The notes beneath the pieces were generated by a model. It was not told the DNA's origin. It did not search any database and saw only the letters and a list, made by a program, of their open reading frames with translations. Positions 11,843 through 26,346 of a stretch of DNA of 53,077 nucleotides are shown piece by piece. The translations under genes were made by a program, and so were the position numbers. This DNA is from Ministeria vibrans ATCC 50519. Its lineage: Eukaryota; Protista; Filasterea. How positions within the stretch are numbered: position 1 is the stretch's first letter; the number at the start of each line of letters is the position of its first letter. Location: NCBI GenBank assembly GCA_943704425.1, contig CALSCP010001278.1, positions 1 to 53,077 on the forward strand. Direction: 5' to 3'.

Positions 11843-13212
11843 TTACTCAGGCTCGTTGAAGAGAGCCTTGGCCATGTCACTCAACGTAAGCACGCCCGCC
11901 AGCTTGTTGTCCTCGACGATCCACGTGCGATGGTAGTGGCACGACAGGAGATGTTCGAGGACCTCGGTGAGGGGCGCATCTGTTGTGGCATAGTGAGCAA
12001 GGGCCAGGCGTTCCGTGCCGTGGATATGCTTAAGGAATGCTGTGACTGGCATGGAGATGCACATGAGTTCATCCACCAGCTTGAGATCGGACACGGACAG
12101 CGTGCCCACCACCATGCCGGTGCCGTCAACGACGGGCAGAGCACTCAGACTGTGTGTCAACATCCGTCGGTACCCATCAAGTGCCGTCTCGCTGGGTCCC
12201 ACCGTCACCATTTTAGGCTTGGTTTTTTCCTCCCAAATGTCGCCCACTGTCGTTTCAGGTGCGTGTTTTTTCAATTGCTTCAGCAGCAGCTTGGCAATGT
12301 CCGTCTGTGTGAGCAGACGATAGAAAACGCTCGGGTGGAAGAATGTGGGTTCGCAGCGGACAATAACGCGATGTACACCTTTATGGAAAGCCTCGCAAAT
12401 CTTAAATTATTAAAGGTAGCGATACCATCATGAGCGGAGAAATAAACAACAATAATAATTTTTGTTTTTTTTTTCGTACCTGCCGCAACGAATTGACGTC
12501 GTTGTACACAAAAATCCCATTCATTGCAGGTGTATTTCCGCTTCGTCCCTCTTCGGTGAGGTTGATCAAGTCGAAGGCTTTGCGCGACTTGAGTTTCTCC
12601 TCCGCATTAACTGACAAATCCACATCCTACAAAATATATGGACAATATTCATCATGAATGATATTTAAAGACATAGTGATCTGTACCACAAAGGAGGCGG
12701 CCCCATTCTCGACTTTGCGTTCGACCAGGCCAAAGGCAATGTACGCCATTATGTCGGAGACGCTGACAATGCCCACAAAGGTGTCGTATTCGGCATTTTT
12801 CACCACGACACTGCCAATGTGGTGTTTGGCCATGACTTGGAGGGCGTCAAATGCCGATGTGTCTGTATTGATGTGAATGACGTGGTGCTTTTTGCGAGTG
12901 AGGTGGCTGAAAAAAGCGAAACAAATGCATAAGCAAACAGTTAACGAAAGACACTCCAAGCAAGCTGGCGAGCACTGCGCTATCCGGTTGCAGCGCTTAA
13001 TGTATTAGATCTTCAACTTGGGACTATAAATATCCAAGTCACAGTGGCTGTGGAACGCAACGAGAGCGAAGCTTGAGTGAAGTGCGAGAATACTGTCAAA
13101 ACCTCGCACTTCGCCAAAAGCAGTCCAACAAGAAATACTCAGCTCCCAATTAGGCCGCTTACCCAATAGAGGTGGCGTTGACTTCTTCCTGAAGGGCTTT
13201 TGAGAAAGGCAT
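11843..13212 (-). CDS. Four-CBS-domain protein (AMPK-gamma/Sds23-like), paralog A, 4 exons
   Basis: MPFSKALQEEVNATSIG|HLTRKKHHVIHI...MAKHHIGSVVV...VGIVSVSDI...GVHRVIV...LSALPVVD...VGTLSVSDL...YHRTWIV...AGVLTLSDM. Confidence 0.88.
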
Positions 13213-13495
13213 GTTAATTATTATTTGAAAAGATTGAAGACGTAAAAATTAATATTAAATAATATGAAGAGTGTATTTGTGACATTAAACTTGTTCGAGA
13301 AGAACCAGAGATGTAAAATATTGGAAGACCTGCAAGTATATGTCGTACGTCAAGCAAACGTACTTACTCTCTCTCTCTCTATTTTCTATTCTTATTATAA
13401 ATCACAATCGCCAGTCGAACATGAAAATCAAATTATTAATGATAAAAGCGCGCAAAATTTTATTGAAAAAACAAAAAACAAAAAGCAATTAATTA

Positions 13496-14875
13496 TTAGG
13501 CGTACAAGGCGCGACAAATGTCACTAAGCGTAATGACACCAATGAGTTTCTTGTTGCTGACAATCCACGAGCGGTGGTAGTGGGTGGCAAGCAGATGGTT
13601 GAGCACCTCGGCGAGAGGCGCTTGCGGGGTGGCGTAGAAGGCAAGAGTGTGTTCGCGGCCGTGGATCTCGTCGAGGAACTCGGTAACGGGAAGGGAAAGC
13701 CACGACAGTGTCTTGACGTACTTGAGATCAGACACGGAAAGCGTGCCAACAATCATGCCTACACTGTCGACGACGGGCAGGGCACTGAGCTGCTTGGAGA
13801 GCATGCGGCGGTAGCCATTGAGAGCCGTATCGGTGGGCTTCATGGTGATCAGCTCGGGCATGTTGTCGGGCGCCACGATTGCGTCAACAGCGGCCGACGG
13901 CTCGTGCAGCAGCATCTGGCGGTAGAGGGCACGTGCAACGTCGGTTTGCGTGCACAGGCGGAAAAATGGGCTGGGGTGCACAAAGGTAGGCTTGCAGCGC
14001 ACAATCACACGGTGCACGCCCTTGGAGAAGGCCTCGCACACCTGACAATTAAAAAACGTAAAAANNNATTTAGTTGTTTCTGTGAAGTTTCTGTACCTGA
14101 CTGACAGAGTCACTCTCGTCATAGACAAAAATTCCTCCCAGGGCGGGGGTGTTGCCGCACTGTCCCTCCTCGCTGAGAGTAACGAGATCAAATGCCTTGC
14201 GATCCGCGAGTTTCATCTCAGCGTTTGCAGTAAGATCAACTTCCTGAGGGAATAAAAAAAATTATTCATTTGAATTAGTCGCGACGCCCTTTTTTTCTCT
14301 GTCTTACGGTAAATGAAGCTTCGCCGTTGCACGTCTTAGGATCCACAAGACCAAATGCAACGTAAGCCATAATATCTGTCATACTGACAATGCCAACGAA
14401 AGCGTCTATCCTCAAAAAAAAAAAAAACAAACCCAATTAGATTTTATTTTCCCGTTTTTGCTGCGTACCTTCGCTGTCTTTGACAACAACGCATCCAATC
14501 TGGTGCCTCGACATGACCTTCAGCGCCTCCAAGGCGGTAGTCTCCGTTGAAATGGTGAAGACGTGATGCTTCTTGCGCGTAACGGCACTGAAAAAGTATA
14601 CGAAATGTAACCGTCAGAAGAGTGTTGGATTGTGCGAGAATTTGGCCCTTGTGTGAAGGAGCGCGTTGCACAACAGCATGTGCATATTGTATGCCAGTGT
14701 ATAGAAGTGCTAGACATTCAACAAAGACGCGAAATAAAGTCGGAGGGAAAAACTCGCACTTCGACTTAGAAGTTCGCACTTCAACATTTGCGAGAAAGAA
14801 CGCAAAAATAATAGACAGGACGTACCCAATCGTCATCGAGTTCATGGTATCCTTGAGAGCTTTTCCGAACGGCAT
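13496..14875 (-). CDS. Four-CBS-domain protein, paralog B (tandem duplicate with one extra intron; NN gap in an intron)
   Basis: MPFGKALKDTMNSMTIG|AVTRKKHHVFTI...GVHRVIVRCKPTFVHPSPFFRLCTQTDV...LSALPVVD...VGTLSVSDL...YHRSWIV...IGVITLSDI. Confidence 0.88.
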
Positions 14876-15165
14876 GATGTACTGTGTGTTTAGTGATGTA
14901 TCGTTTGAAGAGAGAAAGTTGACAAAAAAGTGAAATAATTAATTTAATAAATAATAATCAATAAAACTAATCAATAATCATAATTAATAAGAACAATAAT
15001 AATTAATTATTATTGGATTTGACAAGGCGAGAGAGATCTACCAATGCTGCCGGCTCGCCCCTCATCTTCTGATCTTTGTATTCAAAACGCATCCAACACT
15101 AAACACTCCGCAAACCATTTTGTCTTCTGTACGCGAAAAATACACTGTTCTTATACAATTTCTAT

Positions 15166-16526
15166 TTACTTTTTCCTTCGGAGATCCCGCCCACGCGACG
15201 GTGCAGCGTCGCGCAGGTGGGGGTATGTAGGCAAGTCGGCGACAAGGGTAGGAATCGGGCGTTGGCGGAAATACTCGTGTGCGAGTGCGTCGTCGGCTGT
15301 GGCGCGTCGTGACGGGTCGTATGTCAACAACGAGTGGAGAAGGTCGCGACCAGCAGCCGAGAGCGACGGAAGCCGCTCGCCAATGTGGTTGTAGGGCTGT
15401 GGTGCAATGTGTCGACGCGCTGAGGCACTCACAAGTGCATAATCGGGCCATAAATGCTCGTTTGGAGCGCCCAAAAGATCTACAATGAGTCCCATTTGTG
15501 TCATCTATGTGAGAAATGAACAGAGTAATTAGTTTAAAAACGATTGCTGTAGTGCTCGTTTGTTTGAAGTGTACTTCGGTATCGCCAGGCATCAAGGGAT
15601 GAGCAGCAAGCAGTTCGCCGAGGACACAGCCGACCGACCACATGTCAATGGCACTGGTGTACGCATGGCCTGGCAGCAGCAGCAGTTCGGGTGCACGGTA
15701 CCATAGTGTCACCACCAGCGGTGTCAGCGACTTCTCGCGCGACGGTTCCCCTGTATATTATATACGTGCGTGTGAGTGAGCGAGTGAGTGTACGTGTGTG
15801 TGTGGATTGATGTTGAATACGTGTCAAATGCCTACCTATTCTTCGCGCCAAGCCAAAGTCTGCAAGTTTAAGGACACCTCGATCGGTCAGGAGAATATTG
15901 CTCAGCTTGATGTCTCGATGGACAACATGATGCGCATGCAAGTGCCCAACACCTTTCAGGAGCTGTTGCGTGAGACATTTGCAATCGGATTCGGTGAAGG
16001 GCGCACGCACAGAGTCAATAAGGGTGGCAATGTCCTACAATGACTTGTGTCAGAGGCAACACACACACACACTCTCTCTCTTTCCTATTCTCTCACCTGT
16101 TCGCAATACTCCATCACGAGAAAGACATCGCCGAGCTGATCGCCCACAACAATCTCGTGGACCCGCACTACGTTCTCGTGGCGACACGCGTCGGAGAGAA
16201 GCAGAGAGATTTCGCGCAGACTCGAAAGTGGAAATCCCGACGTTTCCATTTCGAGACGAACGCGTTTCAGCGCGAATATTGTGCCTACAGGTACAAAAAC
16301 ACCACACAAGCCACAAGTTGGCGTTGGGACCGAGTATACACTGCCATGGGGGCGGGTGACGCCAGGCGTCGTGCGCCGTACCGGAAGTGCGTTCGCGCAC
16401 ACGATAGACCACTCCAAAAGTGCCCTCGCCAATGCAGTTCAGCGTCTCCAGCGCCGACACGTTGCGACACGCACAGGGAACCTCCTTTGGAAGGGGTCGC
16501 GCCTCACCCGTTCGAAAGTCAGCCAT
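15166..16526 (-). CDS. CDK10: Cyclin-dependent kinase 10 (PISSLRE family), multi-exon
   Basis: [33 protein letters not shown]|[29 protein letters not shown]. Confidence 0.9.
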
Positions 16527-16636
16527 GAAAAGTAAAAGAATGTCAAACTTGATTCTACTTTGTGATCAAGTTGGTTGATCGTTCGTTCAATAAATCGTTC
16601 TGCAGTCGTCTTACTCGTCTACTACTGTTTTTCTTG

Positions 16637-18889
16637 ATGCGAAAGCATAGTGGCGGATCGGACGGAGGCGTCCGACCGGGAGGCGGTCGCGATTTTCTTG
16701 ATCGATTAGAGGAGCGCGTCGCAAGGAAACTCGACATTCCCGCTCTTCCCAATCAGCTCCTCCATGCCATTATACTCTCTCTCGTCTGCGGCCGCCACGT
16801 CATCATTCATGTTGCACCATTGTGTGCCATTCAAATGCGGCATTTGTGTGCCGAGGTACGCTGAAACCCCCATTTTTTGTTTTTTGAAGCTGTACTGCTT
16901 TTTCTGTCTCTCTCAGATTCTTCGCTGTCTGCTCGGCTGTCAGTGCAGCGAGTACGCGTGCTCTGGTGAAACCAGCCCACAGGAACTCCTCTCGGCGCTG
17001 GTGCCACCGCCAATGTCGACCAAAGTCGTGGAGTCCCATCCTACGTTGCGCGAGAGTTTGAGTTCGACGTTTTGGCCGAGCAGTACACAACAACTGTCGC
17101 ATCCGTCGAGGTCGTCGCTGCCGAGCCTCTTCACCTCAGAGAACGCTCAGAGTGGTGTTGTTGTCGGTGGCGGTGGTGGTGGTGTTGGTGGTGGAGCCGG
17201 TGGCTCGACGCGTAAGAGAACGACTGCTTTGCAGCGTCGCTTCAGTAACGACCAGATTGTTGCGGTGTCGCAGAGTCTATCGCAACTGAACAACCCCTCA
17301 AGTTTCTCGAAGCAAGGGTTGCGTCGTCTCACGAGCGAACCTGCCGCAGCAATGGTGACGTCGGCGCGTTCGTCGTATCAGGCACAAGCACCACCCGTGT
17401 ACCCGCATCACACGTATATTGTTGAGGAAGAGTCGCAAGAGGCGCTTGACGATGAGGAGGGTATGGCGAGCCAAGACGAAGCACTTCTACTCCCTTCCCT
17501 TGCTGCACCCATGAACACACCCACGCCCAGTCGCAAACCAGCCACCACTGCGGCCTCGATGCCCCAGCACAACAGCGACTCGTCGCTCCCCTTGGGCGCA
17601 GGCACTGGTGGTATCCACCATGAGGCTCTCTACCGCAAACTATCCATTGACGCATCGGACCTGGACCAATCCAACGATATTTTTGTCAACAGCGTTGCAG
17701 AGATTGACGTCAACCATCTTTCACCATCGGCATCATCATCGGCATCAACACCGACACCAGGCGGCATCTTAACAGCAGCTGCAGAAGGAGCAGCCGCAAT
17801 CAGCACCACCACCGACACCAGCGCACCCCACCAGTTCCCTTCTCCTCTTGACTCCGCGTCCGCGTCCGCTTCCACCTCCTCTCGTGCCCTATTCTCTCAC
17901 GAAGCTCTCGTCCTTGACGGTGTCCACGACCTTTCGAGCGTTGCTCAGGCCGAGCTTGTCCGTGTCCTTCACAGCGGTCGCTTTGTCTCCCCCGACAATG
18001 CGCGCGAGTATCTCCTTCCCGACATGTTTCTCTTCATTGCTGTCGTCTCAACTGACTCCGATGCTCTCATTGGTTCTCTTGTACGCTTTTCTCTCTCTCT
18101 CTTTATCACTTTGTTTCTTTCTCCCTCCTTTCTTTCTCTCTCTATCACGNNNNNNCTCCTCTATCACATTGTTTCTTTCTCCCTCCTTTCTTTCTCTCTC
18201 TATCACTTTGTTTCTTTTTCCCTCCTTTCTTTCTCTCTCTATCACTTTGTTTCTTTCTCCCTCCTTTCTCTCTCTTTCTATCTCTTTGTTTCTTTCTCCC
18301 TCCTTTGTCTCTCTCTCTATCACTTTGTTTCTTTCTTCCTCCTTTCTCTCTCTCTCTCACGTTTGGTTATTTCCATAGCGCGACACTTTCTTCTGTGGCC
18401 TGCACATTGAGCTGGAGAGCATTAGCGAACCGGGAGTCAATGTCACAAGCGACTTTAACCCTCTTCTCCACTACTCAGTAGGACACCGAATTTGAATTCG
18501 ATTTGGTTTTCATTTTTTTTCATTGCTTTTAGCAATTGCGGGAGATTCGTGACGAGATTGGGAGTGTGTACATGAGTCACGATGTGAGTGTGTATCTGCG
18601 CGATCTCACGCTTACTGTGCGCTCACCCATGCTCAGCCCGTCCGTCTCCAACGACTTTACTGCGCGCGTTGTCAATGGCCTCTCTGCCTCGTCCACAAGC
18701 GACCTCATTGCTGCGGCGTGTGCCGAGGCACTCATCCACAGCAACATTGACGCGCTGCCGTGGCACGTCTTGGGCGTTGCCCTCCTTATGCTGCCCCATC
18801 GCGTTGTGCTCGACCCCCGTGCGTCGGAGATGCGCGATAAGTTTGCCTTTGTCTCCCAGATGCTCTGGGATGTCCCGCAGCCCTGGTGA
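16637..18889 (+). CDS. MoxR/chelatase-clade AAA+ protein with degenerate catalytic motifs and a large low-complexity insert, 4 exons
   Basis: AIILSLVCGRHVIIH; LVLDGV...AQAELVRVL...YLLPDMFLFIAV...L|RDTF; lid region VYMSHDVSVYLRDL...GLSASST...AACAEALIH...PWHV...LPHRVVL follows the MoxR motif order. Confidence 0.7.
18090..18358. repeat. 39-bp intronic minisatellite (ctatcactttgtttctttctccctcctttctttctctct), ~6-7 units, contains an N gap
   Basis: Tandem units are directly visible. Confidence 0.9.
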
Positions 18890-19379
18890 CGCAACCGCCT
18901 GCAACCGAAACAGTATTATTGTATTGTATTATGAAATAAGAGGAATAATCAAAGTAATGCAGTAGCGACTGATGTATACAATCAACACAATACCACAACC
19001 ACGACAGTTGACAACATACATACCAAAGAGCAGCCCACTTTCTTGCACTTCCAAGCGGGAATGACCCGAGAAATAATTCATCATAATTATTCTCTTAGAA
19101 ATTCAACTAATTTCAATTTTTTTTAATTTTAATCGCAATCCCATTTTCGGGAATGAGTCACGGTGTACGAAACTCAAGCCAGTCTATGCAGGTACTAACA
19201 AAAGAACCCGAACACGGGGCCACAGCGGTGCACAATGCCCATTTGTCATAAAAAAAAGAAGAAAAAAAAATCCCCAATATTACTTTGTCGTCATTTTGCG
19301 TCGAGTTTGCTCACGTTTGGGGCACATTTGGGCACGCACACAGAGCACGACGGGGTTTATCGGCGGTGGGGATGGGGCA

Positions 19380-21874
19380 ATGGCAAAGAAGGATACTGAC
19401 ATGGGCTGTGTGAAGCGCGAAGAGAGCGGACGCATCAACGATGACACAGCACCCGCACGCACCGCCGACGAGGAGAGCCAGCCGCTGCTTGCCGACGTTG
19501 TTCTCGAGAGCAGACTACCCACTGCTACGTACGTCGTACAGCGACTTTCTTCGTCTCTCTTGCTCTTTTGACCTCTCTGCTCTTTTTTTTTTTTTTTTTT
19601 TTTTTTTGTGCGTCTCGTTGCACTTCCTTTCTGCTTAGCGTCGCCCAAACGGCAATGAATCTTGTCAAAGGATACATTGCCAGTGGTATTTTGGCGTTAC
19701 CCCATGCCTTTGCTCAGTCTGGACTGTTTGTAAGCGACAACATGACTTGAGTTGATCGTTCCTGTCTCACCTTCCGTGTCTGTGTCTGTGTCTGTGTCTG
19801 TGTCTGTGTGTCTCAGGCGGGTGTTTTCATTATGGCGTCAATTCTGCTCATGTCATTGCACTCCATGTTGGTGCTGATTGACTGCAAGCACGCCTTGAAA
19901 GGGGCGGCAACCACGTACGCAGATATTGCGACGGTCACGTACGGTCGCAAAATGCACATTGCCGTGAACACGTTGCTCATTTTCACGCAATTTGGCTTCT
20001 CAGTCGTGTATATGGGTAAGATTTGAGGGAGTGCACTGGTGAGTTGTTTTACCTCTGGTTTTTCTGTTCCTTGCAGTGTATGTATCGGAAAACCTGTCGT
20101 ACTACTGGCCTATCAAATTCTCGAACGTGTACATTCTTCTGTGTCTCTTCCCTATCTTTGTGGGCATGTCCTGGATCCGCACGTAAGCGAAACGCCCTCC
20201 CTTATCTTCCCATACATTCTTACATGGTAATCCAAAAATAGAATGCGGTGGTTGGGTCCCGCGTCGCAGTTTGCCAATGTTATGCTTCTGCTTGGTCTTA
20301 TCATTATCATTGCTGTGTCCTGTGCACAGCTGTCCACCCGTGACATTCCCGTAAGAGAGAAAGGAGGGGAGAAAGGCAAAGAACAATGTGATAGAGAGCG
20401 GAATGTGAAAGAATCAAAGTGATAGAGAGAAAGGTGAAGCAAAGTGACGAGTGGATCAGTTTGTGTGTGTACGTGTGTGTGTGAGCGGGTCTCTGAGCAA
20501 TTTTGTGTGGTGGTAGGATGTGTCGTTGCAACTGGACTGGTGGGTACACTGGAAGACTTTACCAGTCATGTTTGGAACTGCCGTGTACAGCATTGAAGGT
20601 ATGCACAATGCCATTTGTATTGAATGTGTCGGACTGTCTTGACTCGCTCGCCGAAACTTGATTCAATGTCATTGACTGACTGTCAACACAACTCCTCCCT
20701 GTGTCTGTGTTTCTCAGGGATTGGCATTGTGATTCCCTGTGAAACCTCCATGTTGGAACCGAAAAAATTCCCTAAAGTGCTCTCGATCTGTGTGCTGTGC
20801 TCGGGCGTCCTCTACATCTTCTTTGCAGTGCTTCCATACCTTGCGTTTGGTCGTGATGTGAGCGACCAACTCGCCGTAAGCACACACACACACATATATA
20901 TATATATTTGTGGTGATACGTTGTGATGACAAGTGAATTGTTTTGTGTGTCTTTAGAATGATATTTCACTCTATGCTGCTAATGCTGGCTCTTCTGAGCA
21001 TCTGTGGAACGTTCTTGCGAATATCTCACGCATTTCGCTTGTCATTGCCATTCTGATTTCGTTCCCCATTCAGTTGTTTGTCGTCACTGATATCTGTGAA
21101 GAGGTAAGTGGACTATCGTGAATATGAGTGATTGAGGATTGAAATGCAATCAAGTGTTGAGATTTTCCTCTTTGTTTGACTCACTCATTACTACGTTATT
21201 TCGTTCCCCCTTCTTTCTATCACTTTGTTTCTTTCTCACTTTGTTCCTCTATCACGTTGTTTCTCTCACACACACTTTGTTTCTTTCTCCCTCCTTTCTC
21301 TGCTTCCTTGTCCAGGCCATGTTCAAGCCTGGTCGTGCGCCCATTCACCACAAGAAGGCCATCCAGAACCTATTTCGTCTGGCCCTTTGCATTGTTGCAG
21401 CAATCATTGCCGTACGAACACGATTCAACTTCCCCCTCACTTTGACTCACTCTGTTTCTACATCATCATCTTTCCATCATCATCAGTTGACTGTGCCCCA
21501 GTTTGGTCTGTTAGTGGCCCTCATTGGTAACATTGGAGGAGCCACTCTCCAGTTTGTGTTTCCGGGCCTATTTTACTTCAAATTATATCCAACCGTAAGC
21601 ACAAACCACTCAAAAGTACCACGCATAATTGTCATCCCGCTTTAACTTTTTGATTTGAGTAGGGCCACAAAGTGAAGAAGGGCTTTTTGATTTTGTATAT
21701 GGTTATTGGTAAGCAAAACACACACACACACACTAGTCACCATCTTTTCTTTCAATCGTCACTGTCTGTATAATTATTACTTTTCGCGCTAACACCTTTG
21801 CTGTACGTTCAGGTGTCGTTGGTGGTATTATGGGCACTATTGTGACGGTTGAGCAACTTATCAAAACCTTTTAA
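19380..21874 (+). CDS. Amino acid transporter, SLC36/AVT3 (Aa_trans) family, many short exons
   Basis: TAMNLVKGYIASGILALPHAF, TYADIA, FTQFGFSVVY, FGTAVYSIE|GIGIVIP, FPIQLF, VPQFGLLVALIGNIGGATLQFVFPGL; N-terminal EESQPLL dileucine-type motif. Confidence 0.9.
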
Positions 21875-21949
21875 AGACAAAGAAATTGTACCACAATAAT
21901 AAACGCACAAAAAATTGAAATACAAAAATAATATACGTAATTTTTTAAT

Positions 21950-24713
<2,764 letters not shown>

Positions 24714-25004
24714 AAGGAAGATTATAGACGAAATAGCTACTGAGAGCAAAAAAAAAGTGAAACTCTAAAATATTCTAATCATCGAAAATTTGGAAATCGC
24801 CTCAAATAAATAAGAGAAGAAAATCCCCCCCAAAAGTATTGCAATAAGTGACGGCCATAGTTGATAGACTGACCCTAGTCCCTAAAAGTGTCTATTTAAG
24901 AATTATGATGGTGAGAAGTATTGAAGCGAGAAAGTACACTCTGTCACTCACGCCGACGCGCCCGTTGACCCACAATAACACATCATGATAGTGTATTATT
25001 AATA

Positions 25005-25284
25005 TTACATCTTCTTCTTGTCCTTGAGCTTCTTTTCAGCGGGCGCAAGGGAAAAGAGCACACGATGACGCTCAGATTGACCCGACGAGTGAAAGAGTGC
25101 ATCCGTCCCATGGAACCCTAAAAAAAAAAAACAGTCAACGCAAAGCTGATAGTACTATACTTCGTCCACTTGGTCTTACAGTCGAGAAGGCCCAGTGTTC
25201 CATACATTGTGTCAAATTTGAGATGGTGGAAATCGTGTGCTAAACACCATACACACATACACAAGCATAGACAGACAGACAGGC

Positions 25285-25337
<53 letters not shown>

Positions 25338-26237
25338 CACACACACACACAAGAAAGAAAGAAAAACTTAGTTTTCTTCTTCTTGGTCTGTAAGGTGTCG
25401 ATTCGGTGTACCTTCGGGCGACAGTGCAAAAGGGAAGTGGTACCCAGAGTGAACATTGAGAGTACCTATGCAGAATATAAGCACCATAAATCGAAAAATT
25501 TCGTTTGATGTCTTGTGCGTACCTGTGATCGCAATGGTATACCACACAAAAATCACAATAGGGTGTGCTTGCGCAACAAAGACGCCCAGAATAATGGCAA
25601 AGACGTTTCCTCCGAGGAATTCAATGGGATGCGCATAAATAGCCGTCATCGCAATGGGAGCCTTCCACTCTATAGAGCACCAATTAGCACCGCTCTTCTC
25701 TCAACGAGGCGCGTCAAACCGTGGTGGATCTTGTGGATGCGGCGGTAGAGCGGGCCCCAGTGCAGCAGTCGATGAGAGTAGTAGAAGGCAAATTCTTCGC
25801 ACAGCAGAATGATCAACAGCGACAAAGCTGCCTCGAGAGGAGACGGCAGCGCCGCCTGGAAGGGGATCTCTACAGCAACTGCAATGGGGAACGTAGCGTA
25901 GCCTACCGCATAGAGCAGCGCCAGATTGCCGATAATTCGCGGAAGCGTCGACAATATTTGTTCTATTCGTCGATGGGAGTTGAGCGATGATTCCAAACGT
26001 CACTCTACTTTCATCCATACTGGTCGTAAGCGGTTGATTCACGCCCTCCTGCACCTTGTACTTGACCAAGCACTTGGGCTGGCACACATCGATGACGATG
26101 TAGAAGAGCGAGACGAGCGTGTACAGCGCAACAATGTACGATGGGATGACAAGTGTCCACAGAGCCCAGTCACTATAATGCCCCAGCCATTCTGCATACA
26201 GATGCGTCACGTTGACATTCATACTCATCATCTCCAT
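25005..26237 (-). CDS. FAXDC2: Fatty acid hydroxylase / sterol desaturase family protein (FAXDC2-like), 6 exons
   Basis: His boxes FYYSHRLLH, IHKIHH|EWKAP...AIYAHPIE, HSGYHFP, HDFHH...YGTLGLLD|WFHGTD. Confidence 0.88.
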
Positions 26238-26346
26238 CCCAAACAATCTAAATCAAACAGAAATAAATAATGACATTTAAATTTTAAAGTAAAGCAAACT
26301 CAATTATCTTAACCGATCAATCTAAATTCTAACTTACTCCTTTGGT

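Noticed and set aside
18090-18358. CRISPR-like appearance of the 39-bp repeats (also 45780-46130)
   Set aside because: Units are directly tandem and low-complexity, with no unique spacers and no cas genes; eukaryotic intron context.
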